From Hydrolagus colliei (lineage: Eukaryota): a stretch of 64,000 bases of DNA. Each line of letters starts with the position of its first letter. Position 1 is the stretch's first letter. Below, piece by piece: positions 26,946-40,724 of this stretch. The stretch is taken from assembly GCA_035084275.1 (NCBI GenBank), contig CM068743.1, forward strand, positions 18,476,001 through 18,540,000. Reading direction: 5' to 3'. The notes beneath the pieces are model-generated. The model did not search any database. It was not told the DNA's origin and worked only from the letters and a program-made list of their open reading frames with translations. The translations under genes and the position numbers were made by a program.

Positions 26946-27452
26946 TCAGGCAATCTTCAATACAAAAGGATATATTATAGCAATACAAAGGGAATGTACA
27001 GTATTGCTATAACTACATGGGTTTCTGTTTTAGCCATAATGTGTCTTTTCTTGTCAGTTGCAGCTGTAAAGAATCACTCCCCAGGCTCAAAATATGGCAG
27101 CAGTGTTCAGGGCACCTCAATCACTATCTACTTACCTCAACCCCCACCACCCTCTGTGATAGGCACTATGTAGATTGCATTTTGTGCAATGTTTAATCTG
27201 TGCAAAATACTTCTGAGTGATAAGTAACATTCATGCATAGGTTAACAATGACTTGAATGACTGTATGTCAAATGATAAAATTAACCCCTAATACAGTACA
27301 TACTAAACACGTGCATGGTGTTTGAGGTGATGCACGACTGGTTTTCAGGCTTGTCTTTGGTTTTATGAATGTATTCAGAGGTCTGATTTATAATGTAACG
27401 TATCATTGTTCAAAAAGAAAATGAGTTGCTAAAATTGAATCTTTTCTTACAG

Positions 27453-27648
27453 AGCAGGAGCCCAAAGCACTTAAGAAGTCCCCAGGCTGGTCTCGTGGAC
27501 CAGTCTGAACACCTCTCGGTGGCGTCGGCAGATTCCTTCGAAGCAATGGCCGATTCGGAGATACCGAACATTTTTAATCGAGGGACTCGCCTCCGGGCAA
27601 GCCTCCCAGTTGTTCGCTCAACCAACCAGACAAAAGACAGATCACTGG
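27453..27648 (+). CDS. KIAA1217: KIAA1217/SKT internal coding exon (196 nt, phase 0 to 1)
   Basis: Acceptor cttttcttacag|, donor ctgg|gtaagg. Translates SRSPKHLRSPQAGLVDQSEHLSVASADSFEAMADSEIPNIFNRGTRLRASLPVVRSTNQTKDRSL(G), matching the recalled KIAA1217 motif SADSLEAMSE...RASLPVVRSTNQTKERSLG. Confidence 0.93.
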
Positions 27649-27699
27649 GTAAGGTTTACTCGGTATTTTCAGGGGATTAGATGTTCATTTACCAGAATG

Positions 27700-27870
27700 T
27701 AATTATTGGCCAAGGTAGTGACTTGGGACCTTTAACATCCACCTAAACAGGCAGATGTGACCTCAGTTTAATGTCTCATCTGAGGTGGCACCTCTGACAC
27801 TGCATTGGAGTTCCAGCTTAAACTCATGAGCTTGAGGTCACAACATTCTGACTCAGAGGCAAAAATGTCA
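27700..27870 (-). mobile_element. DeuSINE fragment
   Basis: ttggccaagg...ctttaacatccacct...tttaatgtctcatc...ttctgactcagaggc. Confidence 0.65.
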
Positions 27871-28346
27871 TGCTAAGGCCCTTAAAAAAAACATATCATT
27901 ATCTTTATTTTGCTATTCTATCTCTTAGGATCTTCCCCTTAAAGCCATTATGTTTCCTTATCCTGTGGCTTTTCCGACAAGAATGGTTGCTGCATTCAGT
28001 GGTCTACTTCTGCTCCTGAAAACATGTTTACCTTTAAGGCCTTGCCTTTGATGAAAAGGACACTTGATTAATACAATGGTAGTGTGGATTTGATTGATGC
28101 TGTCAGATGTTTGTGTCCTGCCCACTAAACCTCAGTTACTGACACATAGCTGACCCCTGTGCTGTGCTGTTGTCCCTCAATGCTTGACTTTTATTGTTGT
28201 ATAGAACTGCATATGACAGTATTACAACCTTCTCGGCATTCCAGTTTCTAAGCAGGCATGACTTACTTGGAAAACGATCCAAATCCCCCCTTGTGTACAT
28301 TGGCATGCCCATCACTGACCATCGCATGCAAAACTGGTACCACTTT

Positions 28347-28654
28347 AGTCCTGTAGCTCAGTGGTTAGAGCACTCGCCTTACTGTGTTCGAATCCAGGCA
28401 GGTCAGGGCGAAACCTTGGGCAAATTTTCTTGCTCCACACGCCTTATAACAATCCCCCCCAAAAAAACACGATAATAATATTGGTCATTTCAATCCATCA
28501 CTATTTGTAGGAAGCTGCAATGTGCAATTGGCTGTTCTGTTTTGCCCACAAATATACAGTCAATTCACTTTATAATAAGTATATTCTGTGAAGCGCTTTG
28601 AGACTTCTAGAAGACGTGAAAAGCGCAATATCAAATGTAAGGATTATTATTATT
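28347..28654 (+). mobile_element. tRNA-SINE, full length
   Basis: A box tagctcagtggttag, B box gttcgaatcc, body, and L2-like tail gtgaagcgctttgagac...(tta)n. Confidence 0.92.
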
Positions 28655-28944
28655 GCTTACTTCTGTGTATTTACACTGTATACTTCAATGTATGCTCATT
28701 TTACTTGAGTGTATATCACAAGTATAGTATTGGTATTTCTCTCCATTCTCAAGTTACTATATCTTCTATCTCTTCTTGAGATCTCCTGTAGCACTCCTGA
28801 GTCACACTACAGTATTAATTTCCTGTGTCCTTCTGATGTGTAAGTCACTACATCAAATGTAAGGATCATTATCATTATTTTAGTAAATACCATTTACAAA
28901 AGGTGAATGACATATCCCTTTCTCACGCCTCGCTGGCCAGTGTT

Positions 28945-29210
28945 AACAACAACAACAAAATTTACATTTGAAGAGTGCCTTTCATGTCGGGAGAACATCC
29001 CAAGAGTCAGGACCCGAGCACGGGTCAGGGTTGCGGCAGAGGGAGGGAGGGAGGGCAGAGAGGTAGGGAGGGTGGCTGAAGGCACGGTCAAAAAGGAGAG
29101 TATTGAGAACGAAGGGAATGGACAGGTTGATAGGTTCAGCAGGTCAGAGAGGCGGGAGGGGGTATGGCCATGGATGGCCTTGAAAATGAGAACAAGTATC
29201 TTGAATTCTA
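28945..29210 (-). mobile_element. L2 LINE 3' fragment
   Basis: (aac)n tail, ctttcatgtcgggagaacatcccaag, and gccttgaaaatgagaacaagtatcttgaattc (reverse of EFKILVL.FKA). Confidence 0.8.
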
Positions 29211-31229
29211 TTAACCATTATCTATCCGACACTCTCATGTCAGGTATAGTTTGTTATTCTGCCCACAGTACATGCCAATTGGCCACCAAATCAAATGGTT
29301 ACGTTCACTAAACCACAGAATGTCTGCATCACACACTTGTCACTCTAGTGAGCCTCTGGAAGAGATTACCGGTTGAAGCTCAATGGTGGGCATTTTGTGC
29401 TATTGGATCATGCCTTTTAGTTGCTTCTCAAATAGGATCCATGCATTCAGCACAGAGATGAAGAGACCTTAACCCCATTGTTCTAACATAGATTTGAACA
29501 AGGTCCTAGCAATGAAAAGCTGTTAACATTTACGATGTATCTGCATTGATGTGCAATTATTTCCTGTTTCTTGGTTTTTCCAAAATTACCTGGCAGTGGA
29601 ACTCTGAGATTAAATATAATAATAATAATCCTTACAGTTAATATAGCACCTTATTATGTCTTTGGTTTGATTGTCTGTTGGGAGGTGTGTGAGAATGGGT
29701 GTGTTTCCTTTCCTTGATCTCTGCGGTAAACAAAAATGGCAGATAACTCTGTGGCTCTTTGCAGTATCACAGCTAAACTGAAAGCTTGTAATGTGGGGGT
29801 TCGTAGGAACAGTAAGAGGCCATTCAGCCCTTTGAGTCTGTTCCACCAGTTTATTAGAACATGGCAGCGACTTGGGACGTCCTCCCAATGTGAAAAGCCC
29901 TCTATAAATTTAATTTTATGTTGTTGTTTAAATTGATTTCTCTGCCTTTTCTCCAAGCTACTTAATACTCCAATTTATCATATTAGTGATTTGCTTTCCA
30001 AAAATACACAGTCATTACACTGTACAGTCTACCCTGTAAAATGTTTTGAGATGTCCTCCCAACATGAAAGGCATTATACCCATTGCAAGGATTATTTATT
30101 ATTTTAACATTTTAAACAGAATGTTTAAGCTTTCCAACTCTGCTGTCACTATACATGGCAGATCCTTCGAAGCAAATAAGTTAAATTGAGTTTGTTTTCA
30201 GGAAGTAGCTAAGATTCTAGCCTATAAGACCGTTTTGGCTAAATTGTTAATGTTGTGCTGAATTATGGAAAATTCCTACAATTCACTTTTAATTTGCGAG
30301 TTGCTTCTTTAGAACTATGGAAAACTGACTTCCAAGTTTAGACTGAATTTAAGAATTTTCTAGCATTTTAAATTCTAAGTCGACAGTTTTATAGACGATA
30401 GTTGGGTGGAATACCAGCCCTCTGGTCTGTAAAATAAATATTTTGACAAGTTGCAAAAACTGATTATTTTTGATCGGTAGAAATTGTCTTGGATTTAAAA
30501 ATTGGATATTTGTATTTGAATGTTTTAAATCTATCTATTAGAAAGTAGTGGTTTTAAAATACCAAGTGTGTGTATCAAGAGACTAGTGAAATGGATCACG
30601 GTTTAGTCTGGGGAGCTGTGCATCAAACAGTCATATCAAAGGAAAAGCGGAACAAATGACCATGACCTTGATTTCCTGACTTTCTTTACACCACTTCAAA
30701 GAAAATGTATCTGAAGGATAGAGAAAAGGTGATGGGTGTTTTTGTACTTTGCTGAAGCAGAGTAAATAAGGCTGTGTAAGTCACCCTGAACCTGTGCCAT
30801 GCCTATTTTAATTGCTCCCAGGCAGCAATCTGATGTTTGTCGATTTATAGGCTCCAGGTGTTTTGGTTTACCAGATTTAAACTGTTTAAATCTTTTGTGT
30901 GTGTGATCCACAAAAGGAAATTGAAATTCCAACTGCTAGTTTGAAGTTTTTTTTTAAACCCCCAAAATTGCACCAATGCATCAATAGGGATTTCCTTTAA
31001 TCAAACCTTCTTCACCTTGACTTGTTAACCGATGTGGTCGCAATACAAAAGTGTATAAACTTGATTTCTTCATCTGTCATCTTCCATGGAACAGTGTGAT
31101 GATTAGCTTGTCAACAACAAATATCAGGAAGGACAGCTGTCCTTTTCGTGCACCTGCACTTTAAATCATGTCACCTACCATTGTACACGGTCTGTTTGTT
31201 TGAGTACATTTTGTACAACAGCAGCAGCA

Positions 31230-31450
31230 AGAAAATTAACATCGGGAGCACGTTCTGAGTTGCTGGACAGCCATTGTTTCAAACCCGAGCAGGGGTCGGG
31301 ATTGGGGAGGATGGAAGGAAAGGAAAGGATTCGGGGTGACCGATGGGACCGTCGAAAAGGAGGGTCTTGAGGCGGGACTTGAAGGAGGCTAGGGAGGGTG
31401 AGAGGCGGAGTTGTCTGCGGAATGGAGCTCCAGAGGTTTGTATATGGCAT
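31230..31450 (-). mobile_element. L2 LINE 3' fragment
   Basis: Minus-strand SLASFKSRLKTLLFD motif plus a C-rich 3' UTR. Confidence 0.75.
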
Positions 31451-31683
31451 CTGGGGCTTTTGACATTAAGAAAGGGAATGGAAGATCTTTCTGAAGTATT
31501 TAAGATCCTAAAGGGGACTAATAAATAATAACAATAATCCTTACATTTGTGATAGTCATTGAGACGTCTCAAAGCACTTGAATGTATATACTGTAAAGTG
31601 GATTGACGGTGTATTTTGTGGATACTGTATAGATAAAATAAACACTAACAATACATTGGTAGCATGGTCACAAAATCTAGATA

Positions 31684-32710
31684 CAGTAGAAGACTGTTAA
31701 TCTGGCACCTTTGGGACCTGGTCAATGCCGGTTAAATGCCATGCCGGATATTCATGTGGCATGTTGTCGAAAACTCAACACAATTTTTAAAAAACTTTTT
31801 TTAAACATACCATATTAATAATAGACTAAATAATAACAAAATAAATTGTAAAAAATAAAGCAATAAATATCGATTACAGTCTATAAACACAGCAGACAAT
31901 CACAAAGCAAACTTCTACAGTGGCGGACGGAAGAGTTTTTTCATCTTAAAGCGGTACTGTTGATTTTTCCTCTTTTTTTTCTCTCTCTCCTTCCCCCTCT
32001 CTCTCTTTCACACACATACACTCAGTCAGTCTGGCATCTCAATGGCTCCAAACCCAACCACCCTCCACTCCTCTCATTTTCCATCTAAATTAATCAACTC
32101 ACCCCCTTTGTCTCTCCCCTCCTCCCCCCCACCTCTCTCTCCCCCTCCCACTCCTCTCTCTTTCCCTCTCTTTCCCCCCACCCTCTCTCCCCGTGCCTCT
32201 CTCTCCTTCTCCCAACCCACCCCCCACAAAAACAGTGTATAAACCCATGATACAGTCAGGCTTCACAGGCAATACATAGTATCCATCAGGGAGAGAGGGA
32301 AAAAAAGAATGGGAAAGAGATAGAAAGAGAGAGGGAGAGATAGGNNNNNNNNNNNNNNNNNNNNNNNNNNNNNNNNNNNNNNNNNNNNNNNNNNNNNNNN
32401 NNNNNNNNNNNNNNNNNNNNNNNNNNNNNNNNNNNNNNNNNNNNNNNNNNNNNNNNNNNNNNNNNNNNNNNNNNNNNNNNNNNNNNNGAAAAAGGAGAGA
32501 GGGAGGAAAAGATGAAAGATCGGAGGTGCCACTACCGGTAGCATTCAGAACTAATCGTACTGTACTCTCGTGCGACAATCGACTCATTAAATGCACCACC
32601 GCGATTGTGCCAGATAAGGTCCGGTTATTCGAATGGGGACTTTTTTTTTTGAGGTTCCAGTGATATGGATGTTATGGTTGATTGGGTCACGGATAAACAG
32701 GCTTTTGCTG
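31684..32710. mobile_element. Tigger-like non-autonomous element (9169 family) spanning the assembly gap
   Basis: ta|cagtagaagactgttaatctggcac ... ggataaacaggcttttgctg|ta; shared gggacctggtcaatgccggttaaa and cgaatggggact motifs; CT- and GA-rich interior. Confidence 0.82.
32345..32487. other. Assembly gap (143 N)
   Basis: Run of N flanked by GA-rich low-complexity sequence. Confidence 0.99.
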
Positions 32711-33129
32711 TACATAGTAGATTTGAACACAGTGAAAGGAAGATGCAATCACTTTACACAGAATGTTTTCACCATGTTGAGTCGACAACAACAACAACAA
32801 CAATTTACATTTATATAGCGCCTTACACGTCGGGAGGACGTCCCAAGGCGCTAGACCACCCAGGGAGAGGGAGGAGTCAGATTGCATCAGCAAAAATGTC
32901 AAGAGGGAATTGGATAACTATTAATGGAGAACTTGACTGAGGTGTTTGTGAAATAGAATTAGGAGACCTCCTCAGAATTTCTTCAGCCTTGAAGCAAATT
33001 TTGTAAATTTATATGAGTCTTGACCGGATTGAGAATGTACAACACTTTCAATTAATCCAATGCAGCATGTTAAGAGGTCAAAGGTTAAAAAATTCTAATT
33101 TGATATTTGGTGGTACCCTACATGTTGCA

Positions 33130-33620
33130 AGGATGTCTGTAAAGTCTATTACAGAATGAACTGTAAAGTGTAGTGACTGTATTTTGTGGGCAAATGTGGC
33201 AGCGAATTTGCACACATCAATGTTCCTGCTAAACATTTTGCTCGGGATTGTTCGTTTTTGTTCGCCCACAAAAACGCCTTCTCTTTTGAAGTAGTGCAGA
33301 GGGATCTTTAATATCCACTTGAACATGCAAGTGGGACGTTTGCTTAACATCTCATCGGTGACCAGGCTTTCAGCCTCTCTGCCATTATTCTTTGGAACTC
33401 CATCGCACAAGCCTTGTTCCCTCACTTGCCTTTTTCAAGACCAGTCTCAAGTCCCTCCTCTTCGGCCATGACTTCAGTTGCCCTCCTACCTCTCTGACCT
33501 CCCTCATCCCAACCCTGCTCACCCTCCACCCTGCTCAGGTCCTGTTACCTGACTGTTCAGCGCCTTGGGACATCCTCCCGACGTGAAAGGCATTCTACAA
33601 ATGTAATTTTGCTGTTGTTA
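33130..33620. mobile_element. DeuSINE fragment (-, ~33130-33357) abutting an L2 3' fragment (+, ~33360-33620)
   Basis: gggatctttaatatccact...ttaacatctcatc, then tggaactccatc...cagcgccttgggacatcctcccgacgtgaaaggc. Confidence 0.7.
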
Positions 33621-34827
33621 TTGGAGATGGCACCTCCAACAATGAAGCACCCCCCCAGAACTAGGTTGATGTGTTTGCTTGGATAACGTGGTTCCAAATG
33701 CCAGACGTAGGGCTTGACGTCTTCCCGACATGAAAGGTGCTCTATAAGTGTCATTTCGTTGTTGCTGGTGAGCCCTGAAGATCTGTGATTCAGTGGACAG
33801 AGTGCTATCAACTGAGCCAGGCTGACACCCAGCTCAGGGTTCTGAAGGGCATTTTTAATAGAGCAGTGGAGTTACTGTATTTCCTTGCAGAGAGGGTAAC
33901 TGGGCAAAGTTTCCTTGCTCCTAAAGAAAACCCAGCCTGCGTTCGATGTGTGATCCCATTCATAACTAAGATCATGAACTTAATTTACAGTTTAGTGAAT
34001 TAAGTGTGCATCCAAATCCTGTTGATCTGTGGTACTGTTCATACTGGAGTATTGCCAGACGACTTCTTGAAACTGCCAGGAATGCAATAAGGCAGGCAGT
34101 CTGTGACCACCTACAGCTCTGTGCTTAGTTTTATTCTGCTGGTGATTCTGTGGCTGCTTGCTGTTGCCCAGAACTACATCAGAATTAGAAAAAACAGCAT
34201 TAAGGATGTTGCGTTATGGATGTTAGATCTGTCCTTCACTTAATTCTATGATAAGATCATGAGGAATGCTTGCAGGACATTCTGTAGCACACTATTGTAA
34301 CCTAGCTCTGTCAAATATAAATAAATAGGAAAGCTTTTGGCACAATAAAAGCCACGATAGACATTCATTTTGAGTGTTTAAATAGTTTTGTTTGAATAGT
34401 TTCAAGTAAAATAATATTTCACTTACAGAATATACGGTCACTAATTTATAAGTAAAATCTTGTGGAGCACTTTGAGACGTACTGCCAAAGTGAAAGGCGC
34501 TTTATTGAATGATAATATGCTTTAGTAAACTTTTCAACTTACAAGTCCATAGTTCGAAGGTAACGTAGATAATGTGGACAATGAAGTTCATTAGTTGTAG
34601 TTAGAAGAAGTAGTTGTTTGGTAAGTAAATCTTAACCTTATTAAAATTAGGTTTTGTGTGTGTGTGTGTGGTGGGATGGAGTGGGGAGGCACTGATTTCA
34701 ACTTTTCAGATTATTGAAACCATTTATTTCTGCTAAACTTTGATTAAGCATTCCAAGATGTTATCCTATCCTACATAAACGCAAGTTGATTTTGTTGAAT
34801 ATCCCACTGATTTATTTTCCCTTATAG

Positions 34828-35026
34828 GCGTTCTATATCTGCAATATGGAGATGAAATCAAAAAGATTGCAATGCCAAATGAAATCACAACTATGGATAC
34901 AGTTCATGCCCTCTTTGTAACTGCCTTCCATCAGCAACTCACTCTGAAAGTATTGGAATCTCAAAATGTTGCTGTATACGTAAAGGATGAGGCCAGGAAT
35001 GTGTACTATGAACTCTCTGATTTAAG
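34828..35026 (+). CDS. KIAA1217: KIAA1217/SKT internal coding exon (199 nt, phase 1 to 2), AIP3-like domain
   Basis: Acceptor ttttcccttatag|, donor ttaag|gtaagc. Translates (G)VLYLQYGDEIKKIAMPNEITTMDTVHALFVTAFHQQLTLKVLESQNVAVYVKDEARNVYYELSDL(R), in frame with the previous exon. Not present in the ORF track. Confidence 0.95.
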
Positions 35027-35533
35027 GTAAGCAAACCATGTCTTTGTCTGAAAAGGAGTAACTACCCTCATGCGGGATAACTTAAACATATTTTCGTGAC
35101 TCTGGGCGAGACCAAAAAGCATCTCTTGGAAGTGACTTTAAAATATCAGTGTTGAAATCTGATTGTGATTGTGCAAAATAGCTTTGAACATTATCTTTGA
35201 AATCTTTTGAATACAACAGAACCTTGCATAAGTTAGCTTCCATGTTTGCCTGCAAATACACAGTCAATAAATTCCACAGTAAAACTCTGTGAAGCACTTC
35301 TGAGACTCAATAAGGTGCTTTATCAAATGCAAGGATTATTATTATTAGTAGTAGTAGTATTATTATTATTATTATTATCATATGGCATTGTGACCTGCAA
35401 GAGAAAGGAGGAAGCTGAGATTCACTCTTATAGTGAAGCTCTTGTGGTTATTCTTATGATTCAAGTACTTAAGTGCTCTGAGATGCTACCCAGCCTAGAG
35501 GGCGCTATATAAGTGCAAATTGTTGCTGTTGTA

Positions 35534-35893
35534 CAGTAGAACCCCATTTATCCATGATGCGATTAACCGGATTGCTTGACCCCCTCCCAGGGCAATTCCC
35601 CATTTCAGCAATCGCGAGTATGCTCAATTTGCGCATGCGTGCAATGTGTGTGCATGCGCACTTATTAAACTTACGAACTTGGAGGTTTTGACAAATTTTG
35701 TACAAAGTGTGCTGAAATCTTTATTGGTAAGTGGCTATACAATATTCTGTTACTATTTAGTATCTTATTGATATGGTATGTTTTAAAATAAGTAAATTTT
35801 TTGTGTTGGGTTTTCAGTAACTTGCTGCCCGATTATCCGGCACAGTCAATTAGTCAACCCCCCCAAGCGTGCCGGTTAAACGAGCTTCTACTG
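35534..35893. mobile_element. Tigger-like MITE
   Basis: ta|cagtagaaccccatttatcc ... ggttaaacgagcttctactg|tg; TIRs related to the 9169 family. Confidence 0.75.
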
Positions 35894-36320
35894 TGGTACG
35901 GTGGCTGTTGTGTTTTATGTGTCTGATACACTCAACTCCCTTGAGTTCTCAAACATTTACTAAATCTATATTGAATTAAAAAAGTAGTGACTGAATGCAA
36001 ATGAGTAACGCCACACAGAACACTGCAAGTAGAACGAGTTGCAGTAAAAACCTATTGGAGGGTTAACATGGGCTGAGTGTCTGCATGACATGACTGCATG
36101 TTCCCAATGACTGCTCTGCCCCTCCAGGTCTTGCATATGAGCCAGGCTGGCTGTGCTGCCATCAGCAGTGCCCTGCAATACTGCGGACCTGCTTGGCTAA
36201 GGAACCGGACTAGATATTGCCACAGTGGGCTGGCTCGATTCTAACATTCTGAGAGGAACTACCCTTCATGAAAAATGTGTGAGAGCATTGACACCATCTT
36301 TCTGTCTGCAGCTCAGATAC

Positions 36321-36639
36321 ATAATAATAATAATCCCTGCATTTGATATAGTGCTTTTTACGTCTTCTAGATGTCTCAAAGTGCTTCACAGAATATATTG
36401 TAAAGTGAATTGACTGTATATTTGTGGGCAACATGCAGCAGCCAATTGTGCACAGCAGTGTCCCACAAACAGTCGTGGATTGAAAATGAACAATTTATTA
36501 GCGTTTTTTTTGGACGGATTATTATTGGGCGTGTGGAATAAGGAACCTTGCACAACGGTTTGCCCTGACCTGCCTGGATTCAAAACACAGGTCTCACGAT
36601 TGTAAGGCGAGTGCTCTAACCACTGAGCTACAGGACTCC
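36321..36639 (-). mobile_element. tRNA-SINE, full length
   Basis: Reverse complement of the 28347/58375 family, ending gtgctctaaccactgagctacaggactcc. Confidence 0.92.
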
Positions 36640-38769
36640 ACGTGATATGCAACCCAGTCAGTATTTACATTCCTGGGGTCCAATTTCCCTCCATCATCCC
36701 CCTCCCCATATACCCACACACAGGCTGACTAATAGTTTACCATTACCCTTCCTATTGAGCAATGGTTCCATCAGTTAGAGATGCAGAGCTTAAGCAGTTG
36801 CTGGTTACCTCTCACAAACCAATCAAGGTGGATTCCAGGTTCAGGATGTGCAAACGTGTGTTCAGGGACATGGACTCCAGGTAAAGCTTTCCAGCCACTG
36901 TTGCCCCAAGTCTCAAGAGTTTCCTCATCATCTATCTGGTGGACATTACCTTCAGTGTTATGGAAGGACCTCTACAGGACACCTTATGAAGTGTTAGCCA
37001 CCATGAAATTCTCTAGTTCTAAGTCAATGCAGTGTACCAGATTCACTCAGCGCCAGCTGCTTATTCCAGATCCTCATGCAATTGGCTTTGGCAAATAGAA
37101 TCACAGTATTGCAGTCTCTGCATCAAGGTGCTTAGGGACATCCTCCTGATGTGAAAGGTGTTATTTAGTAATTTTGTTGTTATTAGCGACAGGGCAGTGT
37201 AGGCTGGAGCCCTACCTCCCTGCAGCCGCTTCCTGTGTTTGCCATAAATCCACCTCACTGTTTGATCCTGGACTTTGCAAATGAGCCAGAGGAAGCCTCT
37301 CTGCTATATTCCCAGGAGCTTAGAACCGTAAAGACTGAAATCAGATCAATGACGTTTGCTCAAGGGCCCTGGACGGTCTATTACTGGTCATTTGGAGTAC
37401 ATGTCACTAAGGCAATAATATAAATAGTTAACTCCGACCTTTGGTCCACACTTCACTCTGTAAGCCACTTGGGTGAATATGGCTTAGGTCTGAAGCCTCG
37501 TTTATAGTTTTTTTTTGCCATTTAATGCACGTGCACCATTGTGATTTCAGGAGAAATGTCCCATATCAACAAACAGATGTCAAAAACTCTAGATTCAGCC
37601 CAGAGAGTACACACTGTGCACTTTGAGCCTTCTTCTATTCATCAGATTGAACCATTTGTTTTAAGTGCAAACTGTTTCAAACAATCACTTCCAGATGGCT
37701 TTGGAATCTCTGCCCAAACACCAGGAATTCCAGCTGAAATGTTGCATTGATCCTTGGGGAGCAAACTCGTCAGAATGGGCATGCATCTAGTCTCTTTCCT
37801 CCAGTTGCAGACAATTGGTGTTGATGTTTCAGTTGGTTCGCAATAGGTTGTAAATGTTTCTCTGGTGGCAGGAAAATATTCCGCGAGTGTTTACTTCCTA
37901 TTTGCTCTTTCACTGAGATACAGTATTTGCAAAATAAGCAGTGAGCGATAGAAACATGTGCGTCTTTTTTTCTATTGTTTGTTTGCAAACAGAAACTGAA
38001 TGTAAAATAGCAGGATTTTGCACTCGGTGTCTTGCTGGAGGAGGGACTCTTGTTCATATGCAGGTGTGTTTTGAACTGACTCACGCGCACACACCCACTC
38101 CAGCCATTCGGAGATCGTCTTGATGGTGGCTTTCCAGAGCCCTGCCTTAGACAGTGCTGCCCTCTGTTGCTGCTCACAAGACACTTCCAGATACTGGCTT
38201 CACAGTTGCAGGACAATCCAGGCAGCCTGAAATGTTTTTAATGTCTTGAAACATCATGGCATATTCTGCATACAAAAACTACCTATTGGAAAATATTACT
38301 CCCAAGGAATTGGACATGGTGGGGGGGTGCTGTAGGAGCACAATTTACTGAGTCTGTGTAAAGCCTTTTTACTGATCTTTTGCGAGCACTCTCAAATGTT
38401 ATTGACATAATGTAGTGTAGAAATTGTGCTATTTCAGCCTTTGGCATTGAAACAGCCATTTAAGAGCACCATAAATTGCACTTGATGCCTTTTAGTTATT
38501 GCAACAAACCATTTGCCAAAGGTTGCAATTCTGGAACAACCAAAATGTTTTGGGGGATTCCAGAAACATCTGTGGAATAAACAAAAGGCACACAGGCTTC
38601 CAACAGGAAGCTCCATTAAATTCCAGCTCAAATTATAGCTTCAGAAAGTAAAATGTTTGCAATGAAATTTGATTTGCTGGAATTCTTTTCTTGTATAAAA
38701 CCATTATTTGTTTTTTGTTCCCTGGAGGTCAAAATGAATATTTGAGCATCATTCAATAATCACAACTTA

Positions 38770-39150
38770 CATTTATATAATGCCTTTCACATTGACTACC
38801 GTCCCGACTCTCTTTATAGGGAAGGTGTGAAAGGGGCAAACTTGGGAATGGGGGGCTAGGGGATGTAGGAGGGAAGTGAACAAAGGTATTGTTGATAAGT
38901 TTTGTGAAAAGGAAAATGGGGACGTAGGGATGTTGGGATGCAGATCAGAGAGCGGTGCATTGACAGCTTGCTCATCAATGGGGTGGAGGGGCAAGGTAAT
39001 GAGTAGGAGAATTGAGCTGCAGGAGATCGCAGAAGTTAGGATCGATGAGGATGTGGAGGGGTGTGAGCTCATGCAGTGGACCAAATGAGTAGGAGAATTG
39101 AGCTGCAGGAGATTGCAGAAGTTAGGATCGATGAGGATGTGGAGGGGTTT
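38770..39150 (-). mobile_element. Old L2-like 3' fragment with a 65-bp internal duplication
   Basis: ttacatttatataatgcctttcac tail plus G-rich sequence; direct repeat 38998-39062 / 39084-39148. Confidence 0.6.
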
Positions 39151-40724
39151 GGAAATGGGAATAGAACAATTAGAACTGTTCGTATCCAGCAGAGCCCCAT
39201 TAGAACGCTACTGTAGTTACTGCAACGATCCATAAAATCCTGAACCACATTATAACGGGGAGTGATCATGGGTCAGTGCTTCCAAATCGCCACGCCACCA
39301 ATTACGAAAAATTTATTAGCCTAAGGAGTTTTCATACACTGCAATCGTAATGCTAAGATTCAGCTGACAGAATAGTTACTACTTTTATCAGCTCTTTTAG
39401 AGACAATATAAATAATGTTGCGCATCATATTCAAAGTTCTTTTATTTCATATACAGGCCAAATGTTTCCCGCCTGTGCGGAACAGGGAATGATTGAATGG
39501 CCACCCGACATACATGCAGTTAAAGTTAAAATGGCATCGTTCACCCCTCACAATCAGCAGTGTTGAATACCTCCGTCTTTAACAACAAGTATAATTAGCT
39601 ATTTTTTGGTTCTGCAGAGCAGGAATTTTACACCAGTATTTAAAGTGATTGAATATTGGGAGTGGTTGACAATTATACAATTTTGCTGACTCTCAGTAAT
39701 TTGCACCATAGTAGGCAACTCAGCAAAGTTATTCAAATTAGCGAATGACAGAATATTTCACTTTGGGAATATAGGGGAAAACAAGTCCGGAGTTGACACT
39801 GAATGATGTTTTCAGTTTGGAACATTTGAGTAATTGTATGGAGTTGTTTTTCTCCAGTTGGTTTACTGCAGATAAATACATACCAGATGCAAGCACAGAA
39901 TGCAATGTAACAAATAATATCCCCCTTGCTCATTCAGTTCCTGGGACATGCCTAAAGTGGTCAATCATTATCCTGTTTTTAAATCTAACGCCATTTAATT
40001 GACTCCGTCATCAAATTCCAACTACAGAACACAGCTTATTTTACAAGTCTGATTTTTTTTTTACTGTTTGAAGTGTTTTCTGTTTTAGTTCATTGTCGCC
40101 CGAATAATTGGGCTGCCGTGCAGGTTTGCAAATGAGCTATTTTTACCAGGTTTTTTTTGGTTAAAAAAAAACTATTTCTGATCAAAGCTTGAAGTCAATT
40201 AAAACCATAATGTTTCCTGGCAAGGAATAATGTTCTTATCAGAAGTTGACTTCACAGAAATGAAGATGAGAGCTGCCTTTGAAAGGGGGTGAATTGGCTT
40301 CAACTCAGCAAATTCAGAAGAGTTTGGCTGATAGACTCTCTGTCAGTCTGCATACAAAGATGAAAGCTTGAACTTGTGTTCAGAGGGCGGGATGCCCAAC
40401 AGCACTTTCCTGTGCCTGCACTGTTTACCAGCGGAGAAGGCAGCCAAATGAGTTAGCTGTCTCCTGTCGTTAGGAGTACCACATCCTAGCTGGTCTCTTG
40501 GGTGTGTACTTGGGTGTTGAACAGGTTGATCCCATTCTCACCGCGTTTTGGAAATTATTTCCTCCTTCAAAACGTTTGACACCCCTGCAAAGTTATAGCA
40601 TTGGAGATGGGCATCAAAGAAAAAACTCTAACTGGTATAGTCATGTGGGAGTCATAAATAAATATTCTGGGGAATTTTGTGTGCAGTAGTGTTTTATAAC
40701 TCTCGTTCTGAATCTGATGTGCAG

